A DNA stretch of 64,000 bases. It comes from the human T2T-CHM13v2.0 reference genome, Homo sapiens. The stretch lies in the NCBI RefSeq assembly GCF_009914755.1, contig NC_060934.1; one strand, given 5' to 3'. The translations under genes were made by a program, and so were the position numbers. The notes below the pieces were generated by a model. That model was not told where the DNA came from. It saw only the letters and a program-made list of their open reading frames with translations, and did not search any database. Below, in pieces: positions 35,100 through 51,579 of the stretch (position 1 is the first letter of the stretch; every line of letters begins with the position of its first letter).

Positions 35100-37094
35100 T
35101 CTAAGTGGCTTCATACAGAAAGTTTAAAGTTAAATGTATACTGTTATGAATATCTTATTAAAATGCAAGACAATCAGAGACTGATCTAAAAGTAATCAAG
35201 GATGATCATGTCTTGGGAGTATCCTGTTTCTCAGTTGCTCTGGACAGAAAGCACCTAGAAGGTTGAGATAATTCAATGCAAAATCAGAGATTTCCCCCCA
35301 TGTAATCAACCTCAGAACTTGAGTTGGTCCTAACAGTAGACTCAACCCCTTGGAAAAGACTAGGCAGAGCAATTTTCCTATTGACTACATCTGAGACGCC
35401 ATTCATTCTTGTGTCACATGAGACATAGCATATACTTTTTAGGTCTCTAATAATAGCAGTTCTCTAAGAAGCAAACTGGGATGAAAGACACTATTCACTT
35501 ATTTTCTTAAATGGGGAAGGCATTAAAAGGAGTGAAGGTTTATTAATGCCACTTTTAAAGATATAAATAGTAGATTTTTATTCTAATAAGTCATACATCA
35601 ATAAAATTTGTTATTGCAGCTCCGGGGCAGCAATTACTTATATATTGACAACTTATACATGTTTTACATGCCCATTTGCTCTCCTTTTCACTACTGAAAT
35701 GTAGTTACCATAGCAATGAACACATCACATGGTTCCTGTGCTAGTTCTAAAATAGAGAACAGCAATATGCCATATGAGCTCTGCTTATTTTCTACGTAAG
35801 GACTGCATATACAACTTGAGGCTATTCCATAACCTTCTCAGTGCAGATAGCTTATCATTGATTTAGAAAGCTTTCAAAGTAAAAAGCAATTGGCAGTAAT
35901 ATATTTCAAGTCTCTAGCTTCTCTTGTACTGTTATTTGCCACTGAGCTAAAAGAACAGTTTCACTAGCTTTGACCACCAGGGACTCTGCTGTTGTATATT
36001 TAGCCATAGATTGTCTATGGAATAGCAGTGCCACTTAGAAGATTGGTGGGAGAGGCATATATAGCATTCATGGACACATTTTCTAAGTCTTACTGAGCAA
36101 TTCTTAACCAATCTTAGCTTTTCTCCTACTGTCTCCCTTAATGTTTCAAGTTTTTAAAAATATAGGACTCTGTTTTAGAATTTGAGGAAAGGAAGATGCC
36201 AGGCACAACTGGAGGCATGCTATTAGTTCCTTTTATGTCCATTATTGTTGTGTAAGGTTTTAAAATGCATTGGTTATATAGCAGTTTATCTATAGAAAAG
36301 GACTTCAGATTTCAGTGCCTGGTGGTATCAGGCCGTATTTATGCCTTACTATCACATTTAGAGTGTGTTGTAGGCTGTCAGACCTCCAGAAATAAAGTAG
36401 GAACATACCCCTCTTACTGTGACTCTTACCAGATACTTATTTGAAACAGTCCAAGCACTGGCATATTAGGGAATGGTGCTAACTCTTTCTAACCATTAAT
36501 AAGCAAAATAAATTTCAATGTGAGCTTTTGGCTATACTATACCTATGGTCAAGTGGCACTACAAATTCAAAATTTTAAATATTCTTTATTGAAACTACTA
36601 GGAACAACTGTTTTATATATAGTAGAGGAAACCAGGGCTTTATTCTCTTGACTGAAACGTGTAAGAAGTGATTCATAGGTCTTCAAACACAAATTAGTAA
36701 ATTTAGGAAGCTAAAAAGGCATATATATTTGACTACTGATGGGGGCAATATGTTGATTGTGTAATATTTTTATCTACCCTTTCATCTCAGTTATAATTTA
36801 AAAACCATTTATATACTACATAAACTATGTAATATTGGATACTTCTGTGTCTATATAATTTGCAACAAAGTAGAATAAATGGCCAGAGATGTTATTGTAA
36901 TCTTATGGTTGAATGTTATTTCTTTTTTCTAGGTCATTGTTTAAAATCTGGACATCATAGAAACAGATAATGCAGAGAGAAAATTCTTTCATAATTCCAC
37001 CACATCTCAATCTTTGTTATTAGTTTTAAAATATGTCCTTCTAGACATATTTTATTGTAAAAAGTATTTAAAATACTCATTTTATTTTATTGCC

Positions 37095-37655
37095 GCAAGA
37101 GAGAGAAGGGCATTTATTGTAGGGCACCAAGCAAGGAAGATGGGCAGCTCATGCTTAAGACCCAACCTCCCTGCTGGCTTACAAGCATGGGTTTTTAAAG
37201 GCAGGGGTACATTTCAGGAAAGTAGAAGTTACAGGCAAAATTGTTAATCAATACATAGAGGTTATACATGGGTTGGCTCAAAAAGGAGTAAGGTTTTGAG
37301 TGGGGGCTTACAGGTCATCAATGGATTAGGAGATTCTTTGATTTGCAGTTGGTTAAGGAAGAAAGGCTTTGTCTAAAAACTTGGGGTCAGCAGAAAGGAG
37401 TGTTGAGGTTTGGCCTTAACATAGGTTAGTTAGGATAAGGAAACCTGTTAATCATTATGGGGTGCTATGTCAGGGTCAAGGTATGAGAGCAAGCCACGAT
37501 GCACTGGGTCAGAGTGACCAGTTTAGGAAATTGATAGCCCACAGGTGTGACTCTCTCCAGGCCCCTCAGGAAGCAATTTAGAACAAAGAGCAGCAGTCAG
37601 AGTTCAGTCTTCAGTTTCCCTTTATCAAAGGTCTATGTGACAGCAGTTGACATTT
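37095..37655. mobile_element. ERV1-class LTR (MER39/MER4-group-like)
   Basis: caagcaaggaagatgggcagctcatgcttaagacc; tttgtctaaaaacttggggtcagcagaaagg. Subfamily uncertain. Confidence 0.55.
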
Positions 37656-37864
37656 TCTTTTTTCTGTTTTCTTAAATTTATTTATTAAAAGAAGTGTCTC
37701 ATTCTGTTGCCCAGGCTGGAGTGCAGTGGCACGTTCATAGCTCACTGCAGTCTCGAACTCCTGGCCTCAGGCAATCCTCCTGCCTCAACCTCCTGAGTAG
37801 CTAGGACTACAGGCACATGCCACTGTGCCCAGCTCATCATTTTCTATCTGGTGGGTATGCTGGC

Positions 37865-38176
37865 ATGTTGGAGGAAGGACCTGGCGAGAGGTGCTTGGAT
37901 CATGGGGGCAGTTTTCCCCATGCTGTTCTCATGACAGGAGTAAATTCTCTCAAGATCTGATAGTTTAAAAGTGTGTGGCAGTTTCCTGCTCGTGCTCTCT
38001 GTCTCTCCTACCACTGTGTAAGATGCACCTTGCTTCTCCTTCACCTTCAGCCATGATTATAAGTTTCCTGAGGCCTCCCCAGTCATGTGGAACTATGAGT
38101 CAACTAAACCTCTTTTCTTTTTAAGTTACCCAGTCTCCGGTAGTTATTTATGGCAGTGTGAAAACAGGCTAATACA
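37865..38176 (+). mobile_element. MST (MaLR) LTR, preceded by an antisense Alu arm (about 37680-37835) and followed by an MLT1 fragment (about 38200-38355)
   Basis: ggatcatgggggcagttttccccatgctgttctc...gtttcctgaggcctcccca...taaacctcttttc...ctaataca. Confidence 0.85.
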
Positions 38177-39407
38177 CTTGGTTTCTGAAAAGTAATTTGG
38201 CTGGCTTTGAAGTGGGGATGGGCCATGAGCCAAAGGATGCAGGCACTTCTGGAAGCTAGAAAGGCAAGAAAAGATTATCCCTTGGAGCTTCAAAAGAAAT
38301 CAACCCTGCATGCACCTTGATTTTACCCTAGTGAGGCCGGGCTGGACTTCTGATGCTTCAGAGACAAGGGTTCCTCCCTCATCTGTCTCAGGAAGACTTA
38401 GGACTAACTTTAGGCTTTGAAGTAAACAGAAGCTGAAACATTTGAATGTTTGATTTTCATGATCCAGAACTCAAGCCTCATAGGTCCCATGCATTCCCTG
38501 AACCCAATAGGATGTCACAGTCTGCATACCTTCACACCATGGCAGTCTGGCTTCTTCCCTCTCAGGCCTGCAGCCTCATGCTCTGGGCTTCCCTGGAAGC
38601 TGGTGTTGTGGGGGCCTGCAGTTGCCACCCTGCTGTGTGTCAGCACTGCTCCCTGACGCTGTTCATCCACTGACCTCCATTCCTTGGCCCAGCTGCCCAG
38701 GCATGGCAGACTACACGCAACCTGGGTTGTGGGGACCAGGCGGAGCCAGCAGCACTAGGACCTGATGGCCAAAACACTCATTTTAATGAAATCATACTTT
38801 AATTCTGTTTTGTATCTTCTCACATAAAATAGCTAGATCTCTTTTCCTAGTAGTACAAACTTATCTATCTGCCTTATTTTGTATAAGAGTGGTATTATAT
38901 GAATACATCATTGTTTATTCTTCTATTGAAAGCTTTTATGTTGTTTTCTGGGTTTTTGTTATTATAGTTCTGTAGTAATATGTCTTATGTACTTTTGTGT
39001 AAATAGTTCTATAGGCTCAATCTCCAGAATTGAACTGCCAATTCTTAGTAAAGGAAAATTTAACTTTTGATACATTTTACCAAACTGCCCCTTCAGGGGA
39101 TTCTACCAAATCATATTCTCTGTTTAAATGTCTTTTTAAGCTTTGCCAAACTGATATATTTAAAATGGTATTTTATTGTTTCAATTTGCAGTTTTAGAGG
39201 TAATGTTGTAATTCTATATCTTTTCATATTATAGTGCATTTATATTTTCCTCTTCTCTTAACTCCTTGTTTGCCTAGCTTTCTTTTTCTTTTGGTTGGTT
39301 CAATTTTTCCAACTAAGTTTTTTCATGTTGTTTTTTTTTTTCTTTTTCCTTTGTATTTGGGAAATAAATCCTTACTTGTAAATACTTCTTGCAGTTTGTC
39401 CATTGAC

Positions 39408-39697
<290 letters not shown>

Positions 39698-40924
39698 TGA
39701 TTTTATTTTCGGTGCTTTTTTTGTATATGGAACTTTTTCTATTAGTATTTAGTCATATTTGTTAGTCTTGTCCTTTATCCCTTCTAGCCTTTACCTTATT
39801 TAGTAATATCAGATGATGTGTTTCATATGGGTCTAATTTATGCATTCATTCACTTACAGAAGCTAATCATTTGAGTCCTAGTGTACCAAGTATCTTAGAT
39901 GATGGGTCATTGCTGACTGTACAATCTAAGAAGAATCTTATTTGCAACAATGATGCTTTAGCGTAGCAGCAGACCAAATTCTCTAGGATGATTAGCAGCT
40001 AATTCTGAATATTGCTGTAAAGTCATAGTAGCATGTAACATGTACAGCAATAGTAAAAACATGTAACAGTTTGTTCCTTCCTAAAATTTTGTTAATTTAG
40101 TCTTTTATGTGTCCTTATATTTATAAATATTAGTTTTGTGGCTAAAATGTGTACATTTTTCCAAGTTATAGTATTGAGAAGCATAGCTAGTAGCATTTCA
40201 CCCAACAGAAAAAATTCCTTTAGATAAAAGCCAAATCACAGTTGGCCTCATTCTACATACTGTTCTACAAATTACAAAATCAGTAAATGTTTATTGGGTA
40301 CCTGTTTTTATTGCTAAGCTCTTGCAAGAGAAAGAGAGAGGTGGTAGGATTTTTTTAAGGTGCGAGCTATTATCCTATTTTTAAAGAGCTCATAATCTAG
40401 TTTGGAATGTTTGGCATAAGTACATCCAAAGGTAAATAATAAAACAAATGATAATTGCTCAACAATATGTAAAGACCCCCCTCTCCAAACCAAAACAAAA
40501 CAGAACAACAAAATTGTCAGTCTCTTCTGTGAGCAGTATTATCTGCTGAGGACATGTTACTGGTCGAAGAGCTTTGGCTGCAGTCATTCCTAGAATGCAA
40601 AATGAAATCATCCAAAAAACTGAGAGTGGCCAGTTTTACTAGTCAAATGGAGTAAGTGGTCATCTGTGAGTTTGTGAATCTGTCTGCCAGAATATATTTA
40701 TTTTCTTGCTTATTCCACCAGTTACTCCTTCTTGTTAAAGCTTTCACCGTTATTAAAGAGAAGTACCTCCTGGAAATTTTAGCCTGCTAGATGTTGTCAA
40801 ACCTGATAGCACAGTGTGATAGGCTAAGATTCTTTGTTCATTTGTTTTGGATAGGGAAGGAAAGACACAATGAAAAGACTAGGAGTCTGAGGTGAGGGAA
40901 GATGATGAAGAATATGAATCAAGG

Positions 40925-41030
40925 GATCAGGCATCAAGATAACCGTTCATTTATTTAAATGTAGACTTTATCTGTCTTGATCAGGCATCAATATAACCTA
41001 CATTTATTTAAAAGTAAACTTTATTTGTCT
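40925..41030 (+). repeat. Diverged tandem duplication, about 54 bp x2
   Basis: gatcaggcatcaagataaccgttcatttatttaaatgtagactttatctgtct followed by gatcaggcatcaatataacctacatttatttaaaagtaaactttatttgtct. Confidence 0.9.
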
Positions 41031-42519
41031 AATGTATGTGTTCCTAATCCCTGAATCTATTCATTTCATTGAAATTGATGAGTACTTTCAATACAAATAG
41101 TTACAATATTTTAAGATGTTCACTGTTTATAACATCATTATATGAGTCCATGTTAAACCAGAGAAGCAGAACCAGTAGACAATATAGATTTAGAGATTTG
41201 TTACAAGGAATTGGATGATGGAAGTATGGAGGCTGGCTAAGCGAGTCCAAAGCCCAGTCAAGAGGAAAGCAGGCTAGAAACCCATGGGCATAAGCTGTTT
41301 AGAGTCCCTCAGCTCAGGGAAAGCCTAAGCTCTCTTTCAAAGGGCTCACCTAACTTTGCCTTGTAATTTTCTATAATGGATTCCTAGAGTTTACCAACTA
41401 ATATGACGGTCTAGAGTTACATTTAAGTGAAATTTGATTGTGAGATTGTATTCTTAACTGTCTATATCTGGTGCTCTTGAGCACGTATACAACCTTCTCG
41501 CCTTCTCTAGGTCCCTAAAAGTCATTTCTTAATTCAAAAAATATTTAAATGCCTGCTATGTACCAAGCACTTCTCTTGATAGAGTGGTGAGCATGACAAT
41601 CTAGTAGAAAAGTGAGACAGGGAAACACCAACATTACTGTGGAAAACATAGTTACAGGGGAAGTAGAAGGACATTAGTCATGTTTTTTTCTTCATGACCC
41701 ACTGCCTAACACATAGTAGATGCTTAATAAATGCCTTTTAAATAAATAAGACCACATGGCATTTTTAAAGGAGTAAGGACCTCTTTAAAAATAAGTATAT
41801 ATGGGGAAGGAAAGAGATGATGAGAAGACTAGGAGTCTGAGTCTTGCTACAGAACTAGGGTAACTGGAGCTAGTAGAAAAGCAAAGAAGCTTCTGATTTG
41901 GGGATGGATTCAAGAGTATATTGGGATGGGTGCAAACACTTTCACTGATTAGCAGTTTACATATTTCCTTCAAGGATAGTCTTACTCTCCTTGTCCTAAC
42001 TTTTAACCTTTGCTTCAAATTAGTTTAGCAGTTTGTACTAAGAGGAATTGCCAGTGACCAAGTGAATATGATATACATATAAAAGAACAGAGAAAATCAA
42101 GTCTTTACTATGTTGCTGTATCACTAATTCAGGCTTCCAGCTAAATGCCAGAACATAAATTAGGTCCCTTATCAAATCTGGCACAAAAATATTTAGGATC
42201 CTTTTTAATATAGTACATGTGCTTTCAATAAATGCCTGCTTTGGCAAAAAATAAAACCAGTGTTTTTTGTGTCAAGTACAAGCTGTTGTACTCTGTAACT
42301 TTTAAACTGTCCTTGTGAACCAGGTTGAGGGTAAAATTAAATTTGGATTTTGTATTCAGTTTTACAATCAACAAATACCATTTTTTTTCTTTGTGTTGTG
42401 TTGTCTTATGGGTGTTTGTTTTATTTTGGTTTGGTTTTGGTTTGGTTTTCACTTAGAACAAAATTCAAAATCTACTAAATACTCCCTAGCCACACTGGCC
42501 TGTTTTCAGTTTGAGATTT

Positions 42520-42698
42520 TTTTATTTTTAATTTTTTTTAAAGATGACATCCCACTGTGTTGTCCAGGCTGGAGTGCGGTGGCTATTCTCAGGCATGATT
42601 ATAGCACAACTACATCCTTGAATTCCTGGGCTAAAGAGGTCCTCCTGCCTCAGCCACTCAAGTAGCTGGGACTATAGGCTTGCACCTCCACACCTGAC
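42520..42698 (-). mobile_element. FAM/FRAM-type Alu monomer
   Basis: ccaggctggagtgcggtggctattctcaggcatgatt (7SL-like segment). Confidence 0.75.
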
Positions 42699-43350
42699 TT
42701 CTTTCTGTTTTTAAGACAGTTGAGCTCTTTCACCTGTCCCCTCAAACTGTTTGTACATGCTCTTCCCTCTGCCTTGACCTATTTTTACATCATGTTCAGT
42801 GTTACTCACCCATCTTACTCTCACTAATTTATTAAGTCTCAAATATTTTCTCAGAGATTCTTTCTTCACCCATGCCTCCATATCTCAGTTAGATCTCCCT
42901 TAAAAATCTCTTCTGTGTTACTAGTTCCTAGCATATAGTGGATGTGTGATAAGTGAAAGGATGGACTGAAACATAGAGCACATACAATAGGTATATTCTA
43001 GTCATTATAAAATGTCCTCAAGGAACTTTCTTAAATCTGAGTTCCAAAGGGCCATGTTATTTTGTAAATAATATTCTTACTTTTACTTTAGGGAACAAAA
43101 TCAGCATTTTTAAATGAAATAGATTTAAAAATATAGGCATGTACATTGTATAAATGCATGTATACATATGTCTAAATATGGCAAGTTGCAAAGTAACATG
43201 AATACCATGATTGCTGTCATAAACCTTGAAAGCCACTGTGTTAGTGGATACTGTTGTATAATAATCTCCAAATAAGCACGTCTAGAAAACAACCTGTTTT
43301 ACTTATCAATTTCCCCAAACATCTCTCTGGTGACTGCGTCTTTGGCTTCT

Positions 43351-43653
43351 TTTTTATTTATTTATTTATTTTTTATTATTATACTTTAAGTTTTAGGGTA
43401 CATGTGCACAATGTGCAGGTTAGTTACCTATGTATACATGTGCCATGCTGGTGCGCTGCACCCACTAACTCGTCATCTAGCATTAGGTATATCTCCCAAT
43501 GCTATCCCTCCCCCCTCCCCCAACCCCACAACAGTCCCCAGAGTGTGATGTTCCCCTTCCTGTGTCCATGTGTTCTCATTGTTCAATTCCCACCTATGAG
43601 TGAGAATATGCGGTGTTTGGTTTTTTGTTCTTGGGATAGTTTACTGAGAATGA
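43351..43653 (-). mobile_element. 5'-truncated young L1 (L1PA2-like), about 300 bp
   Basis: L1 3' UTR with the GAG diagnostic (cccactaactcgtcatctagc). Perfect 16-bp TSD tgcgtctttggcttct at 43335-43350 and 43654-43669. Confidence 0.95.
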
Positions 43654-44889
43654 TGCGTCTTTGGCTTCTAAGAGTTCTTTGCTGAGAGTAAAGAGCCAGA
43701 ATCTCAGAAATCCCCCAGAAAGACGATTTAAGTTAAATGCACCCATCAAGCTTTGAAGGAAGGCGGCTTAAAAAAAGAAAAACACTATATTACATTCTAC
43801 TTTTAATTTTCAAAACCTGAAAACCTTCTCAAATCCAGGAAAACTAATGGTATTTCCATCTATTCTCTTTGATAGCCCACAATTCCTATGATTTTCTTAG
43901 CATCCCATAATACATTTTGCTTTTATCCTTTTACTGTTTTTCTTCCTAGAATTTTCTTTCAAGGTCCAACACAGAAATCCTTTTTCTCAACAAACCTTTC
44001 CTGACTAACCCTGTTTCCTTTTTTAAAATTCTTTGCATTTTCTCAACAGTTTTTGATATTTATTTTTTAACGTTTGTATACAATACTATAATACAGTCAG
44101 TTATTTATAACTTTATTTTGTGTTAGAAGTAGGTTTTTTGTGTGTTTGCATTCTTCCTAATTTTACATGTGCAAAAAGTTACTTTAATCTTATTTTTCTT
44201 AAATGAAATAATCCAATTTTAAATCCCTTTCCTGGAGAATTAAATATAAGTCATTTTGGGGGTGCTTTCCTTCACCTCCCCCAGAATCTCACACAAAATA
44301 AAACATTCAGAGAATTAATCGCCCCTGCCCCACCCCACCCTAATCTTCTGTCCATGTTGGCTGTCCTGAGTTGTCCACTGTTAAACCACATAATCCCTTA
44401 TAGTTCAGTGGCTCTGTTGCTTCTTAGGACATGAACATCTTGGCCAAGGCTTCAATAGCTTTCTGTGTTGGATATTTTCTCCTGGCATCTCCAGATAGAC
44501 TTTTTACTCTTTTCTTTCCCTATTCTGTGCCCAAAGGCCCTGAGAAAATTGCTAAGTATTAGTAACATGGAGAAAAAAGGGATATAGTTTCTGGGACTGT
44601 AAATTATTCAAAGGATAGTTTTAAAGCTCTGGGAAAGTTTGGTGAAAGTTAAAAACGTGTTCAGAGAGGAGGAGTTGGAGCCTAGTCAAGTCACAAATCT
44701 TCTAATTCAGCCAAGCTCTAGTAGCACTCCTGAAACATTACTACTATATCCTTAACATGTGCTTTTTTAGTTCATGAAACAATATTGGCATAACTGTTCC
44801 CCTAACAACTTAATGAGAAAGTTAAAGATTTTAACAACTCAAGATTGCTGCCTATGATACTTATGATTTTTAAACAAGTTGTCATATCA

Positions 44890-45282
<393 letters not shown>

Positions 45283-45661
45283 TCAGATTAATGAATATGA
45301 TTAAAATTAAGATGGAATAAAAATTAAAACAATTAAATAAAATACAAATTGGTTGTATAATAAAGACAAAATTGTTATCTTGAGACACATGTTGCATCTT
45401 TCCATATGTTCTAAAATTCCTTAGGAACTTGGCACAAGTGCTGCTGAAATAATTTCTGACTGATAAGTGGCAGATGCCTTATCTTTTATTGTGGTATTAA
45501 TTCTAAATCCCATCAAATAAGACAATGCATGATACAAAGGATAAATTTATAAGCATTTGCCTCCCAATTTAGACACAGAATCATTATCATAGTACATTCA
45601 CTTTCAACTTGTTTCTATGTTCTTTCTCTCCTTCACATCTGGCCTCTTCATGTTTTTATTT

Positions 45662-45974
45662 TCTCTCTCTCTCTTTTTTTTTTTTTTTTTTTTTTGTGGA
45701 GACAGTCTCACTCTGTCACCCAGGCTAGAGTGCAGTGGCACGATCACAGCTCACTGCAGCCTCCAACTCCTGGGCTCAAGTAATCCTCCCACCTCAGCCT
45801 CCTGAGTAGCTGGGACCACAGACATGCACCACCACACCCGGCTATGTTTTTGATGTCTTGTAGAGACAGGGTCTCACTATGTGAGAGGCTGGTCTTGCAC
45901 TCATGGGCTCAGGCAGTCCTTCCTCAGTCTCCCAACGTGCTGGGATTACATGCGTGAGCCACCATACCTGGGCC
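45662..45974 (-). mobile_element. AluJ SINE
   Basis: Antisense Alu dimer. Confidence 0.9.
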
Positions 45975-47139
45975 TGTTTTCTCTTTCTTTTCATTCTAAC
46001 CATAATCACTTATCTATTTATGGTTTTTGTTTCTATTTCTGAATACATTTAAATGCCAGTTATAAAATCAGAAATTCTTATTTGTGCTTAAACATAGTAA
46101 GATTTAGCAGTAGTTTGAACTTCAACATGATTATTAAATGTGGATTTTAATACTAGTGATGATTCACATTTTCCAACTTTTATACTTTACAATTTGTTTT
46201 TCTTGATGAGAGTTTAGGTATCTATGAATGAGGAGAAAAGTTAATTGAATTTTGGCTTCTAGAAACAAGTAATTAATCTTTTCCTGTTACCTTTTAAAAA
46301 GATACTTTACTTTTTATAGAAAGATAGCAGTAGAAAAGAACAGGTATTTAAATCTACTCACTGACTTAGACCAATTATTTCATAATGGAATCTCTACTTC
46401 TGTGAATATGTGTTTTGCTTAACGAGACCTCCTAAAAACTCATTTTTATGGTCATTGAATTTTAGAGTTAGAAAAGACTTTAGAAAGTGTTATTAGCCTC
46501 TCATTTTTTAAAAACAGTTTGTATCTTGCCCAAAGTCACACTAGGGGTAAAGTAAGAGGCAAAGGAAGAACTGGAATTCAAGTTTCTAGATTCCAAGTCC
46601 AGGACTCTTTCTTTTTATCTCATTATTTTATGAAACATGGAGAGCAAGCTGATTGTTCATTTAAGTTCATTACACTGTATCTTGGAATTTGTCATTTCTA
46701 TGCTTCACTATTTAAATTAAAATATTTTATGTTTATCACCTGTTTTTTGATCTGCCATGTAAGAATTTTCACTTATTGTCTTCCCTTTAACATTGAGTCT
46801 GCATACTGCTGCTAAATAATCTTTCTACAGTATAGTCCTAATTATGTCCCTCAAAAACCATAATATATCTCACCCCTTCTATCAGCCACATAGTTAAATA
46901 AATTAAATCCAATCATTTAACCCATTGCAGACTAAATCTGCCTTTCAAATCTTAGTACTTTCCACTCCTCTGCTCATATTTTATGGGCCAGGCAAATGGA
47001 CTACTTACTTGCTATTCTCAGGACACACGTCTCATTTTTCATACCACTCTATCCTTTCTTATACATATAACAACTTTGCCTAAAATTGTGCCCATTTGTT
47101 GAGACTTTGATCAAATTTCACATTTCCCATTTCTTTTGT

Positions 47140-47470
<331 letters not shown>

Positions 47471-47508
47471 CTATTCTCTCTCTTTTTAATTCCAATTACA
47501 GTGTAGTA

Positions 47509-47740
47509 CAAGCTTGTCCAAACTATGACCCATGGGCCACATGCAGCCCTGGATGGCTTTGAATGCAGCCTAACACAAATTCATAAACTTTGTTAAAAGA
47601 TTATGAGGTGGGTGTTGCTGGGTGTGTGTGTGTGTTTAGCTCATCAGCTGTTGTTAGTGTTTGTACATTTTATGTGTGGCCCAAGACAATTCTTTTTCTT
47701 TTAATTGTGACCAAAGGAAGCCAAAAGATTGGACATCCTT
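47509..47740. mobile_element. MER30 (hAT-Charlie)
   Basis: ggatggctttgaatgcagcctaacacaaattcataaac...gtgtggcccaagacaattc...gaagccaaaagattggaca. Confidence 0.8.
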
Positions 47741-47919
47741 TATGTATTATATTCTGACTTTAAATATTGCTTTCCCCTTAATTTTTTTTTCATTGTCATC
47801 TCCTCACTTTATTGCAAGTACAGTCAGCATCAATGTTGAGAACTTTTTCTCCTAGGAGGTACAGGATTTGGCTCTGATACGGTGTTGCCTCCACAGTTGC
47901 TCAGAATCTAGGCTCCATC

Positions 47920-48111
47920 TGTTACAGGAAAGGGGTCCTAATCCAGAACCCAAGAGAAAGTTCTTGGATCTTGCACAAGAAAGAATTCAGGGCAAGTCCA
48001 CAGTGCAAAGCAAAAGCAAGTTTATTAAGAAAGTAAGAGAATAAAAGAATGGCTACTCCATAGACAGAGCAGCCCTGAGGACTGCTGGTTGCCCATTTCT
48101 ATGGTTATTTC
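47920..48111 (-). mobile_element. MER41 LTR, 3' ~190 bp only
   Basis: tgttacaggaaaggggtcc...gaaagaattcagggcaagtccacagtgcaaag...ggctactccatagacagagcagccc...atggttatttct is the reverse complement of the recalled MER41 3' end. It stops at the L1 poly-T. Confidence 0.85.
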
Positions 48112-48465
48112 TTTTTTTTTTTTTTACATGTTCTATTTTTTAATAAAAATATTTATTTGGTCTTATGAATACAGAATTATTTTATTTTTATTTCAAATGC
48201 CTAGGTATTATAATTCTGTATAATAGTTATTTGTACTTTTTATATTTTTATCTTTTTTTTATTATACTTTAAGTTTTAGGGTACATGTGCACAACGTGCA
48301 GGTTAGTTACATATGTATACGTGTGCCATGTTGGTGTGCTGCACCCAGTGACTCGTCATTTAACATTAGGTATATCTCCAAATGCTATCCCTCCCCCCTC
48401 CCCCAACCCCACAACAGGCCCCGGTGTGTGATGTTCCCCTTCCTGTGTCCATGTGTTCTCATTGT

Positions 48466-51516
<3,051 letters not shown>

Positions 51517-51579
51517 TATGATGTTAGCTGGTTATTTTGCTCGTTAGTTGATGCAGTTTCTTCCTAGCCTCGATGGTCT

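Noticed and set aside
40925-41030. CRISPR-like or other spaced repeat array
   Set aside because: Two adjacent diverged units with no spacers, in eukaryotic intron context.
43254-43685. 143-aa ORF
   Set aside because: Antisense translation of the L1 3' UTR; a similar peptide appears at 48287-48601.
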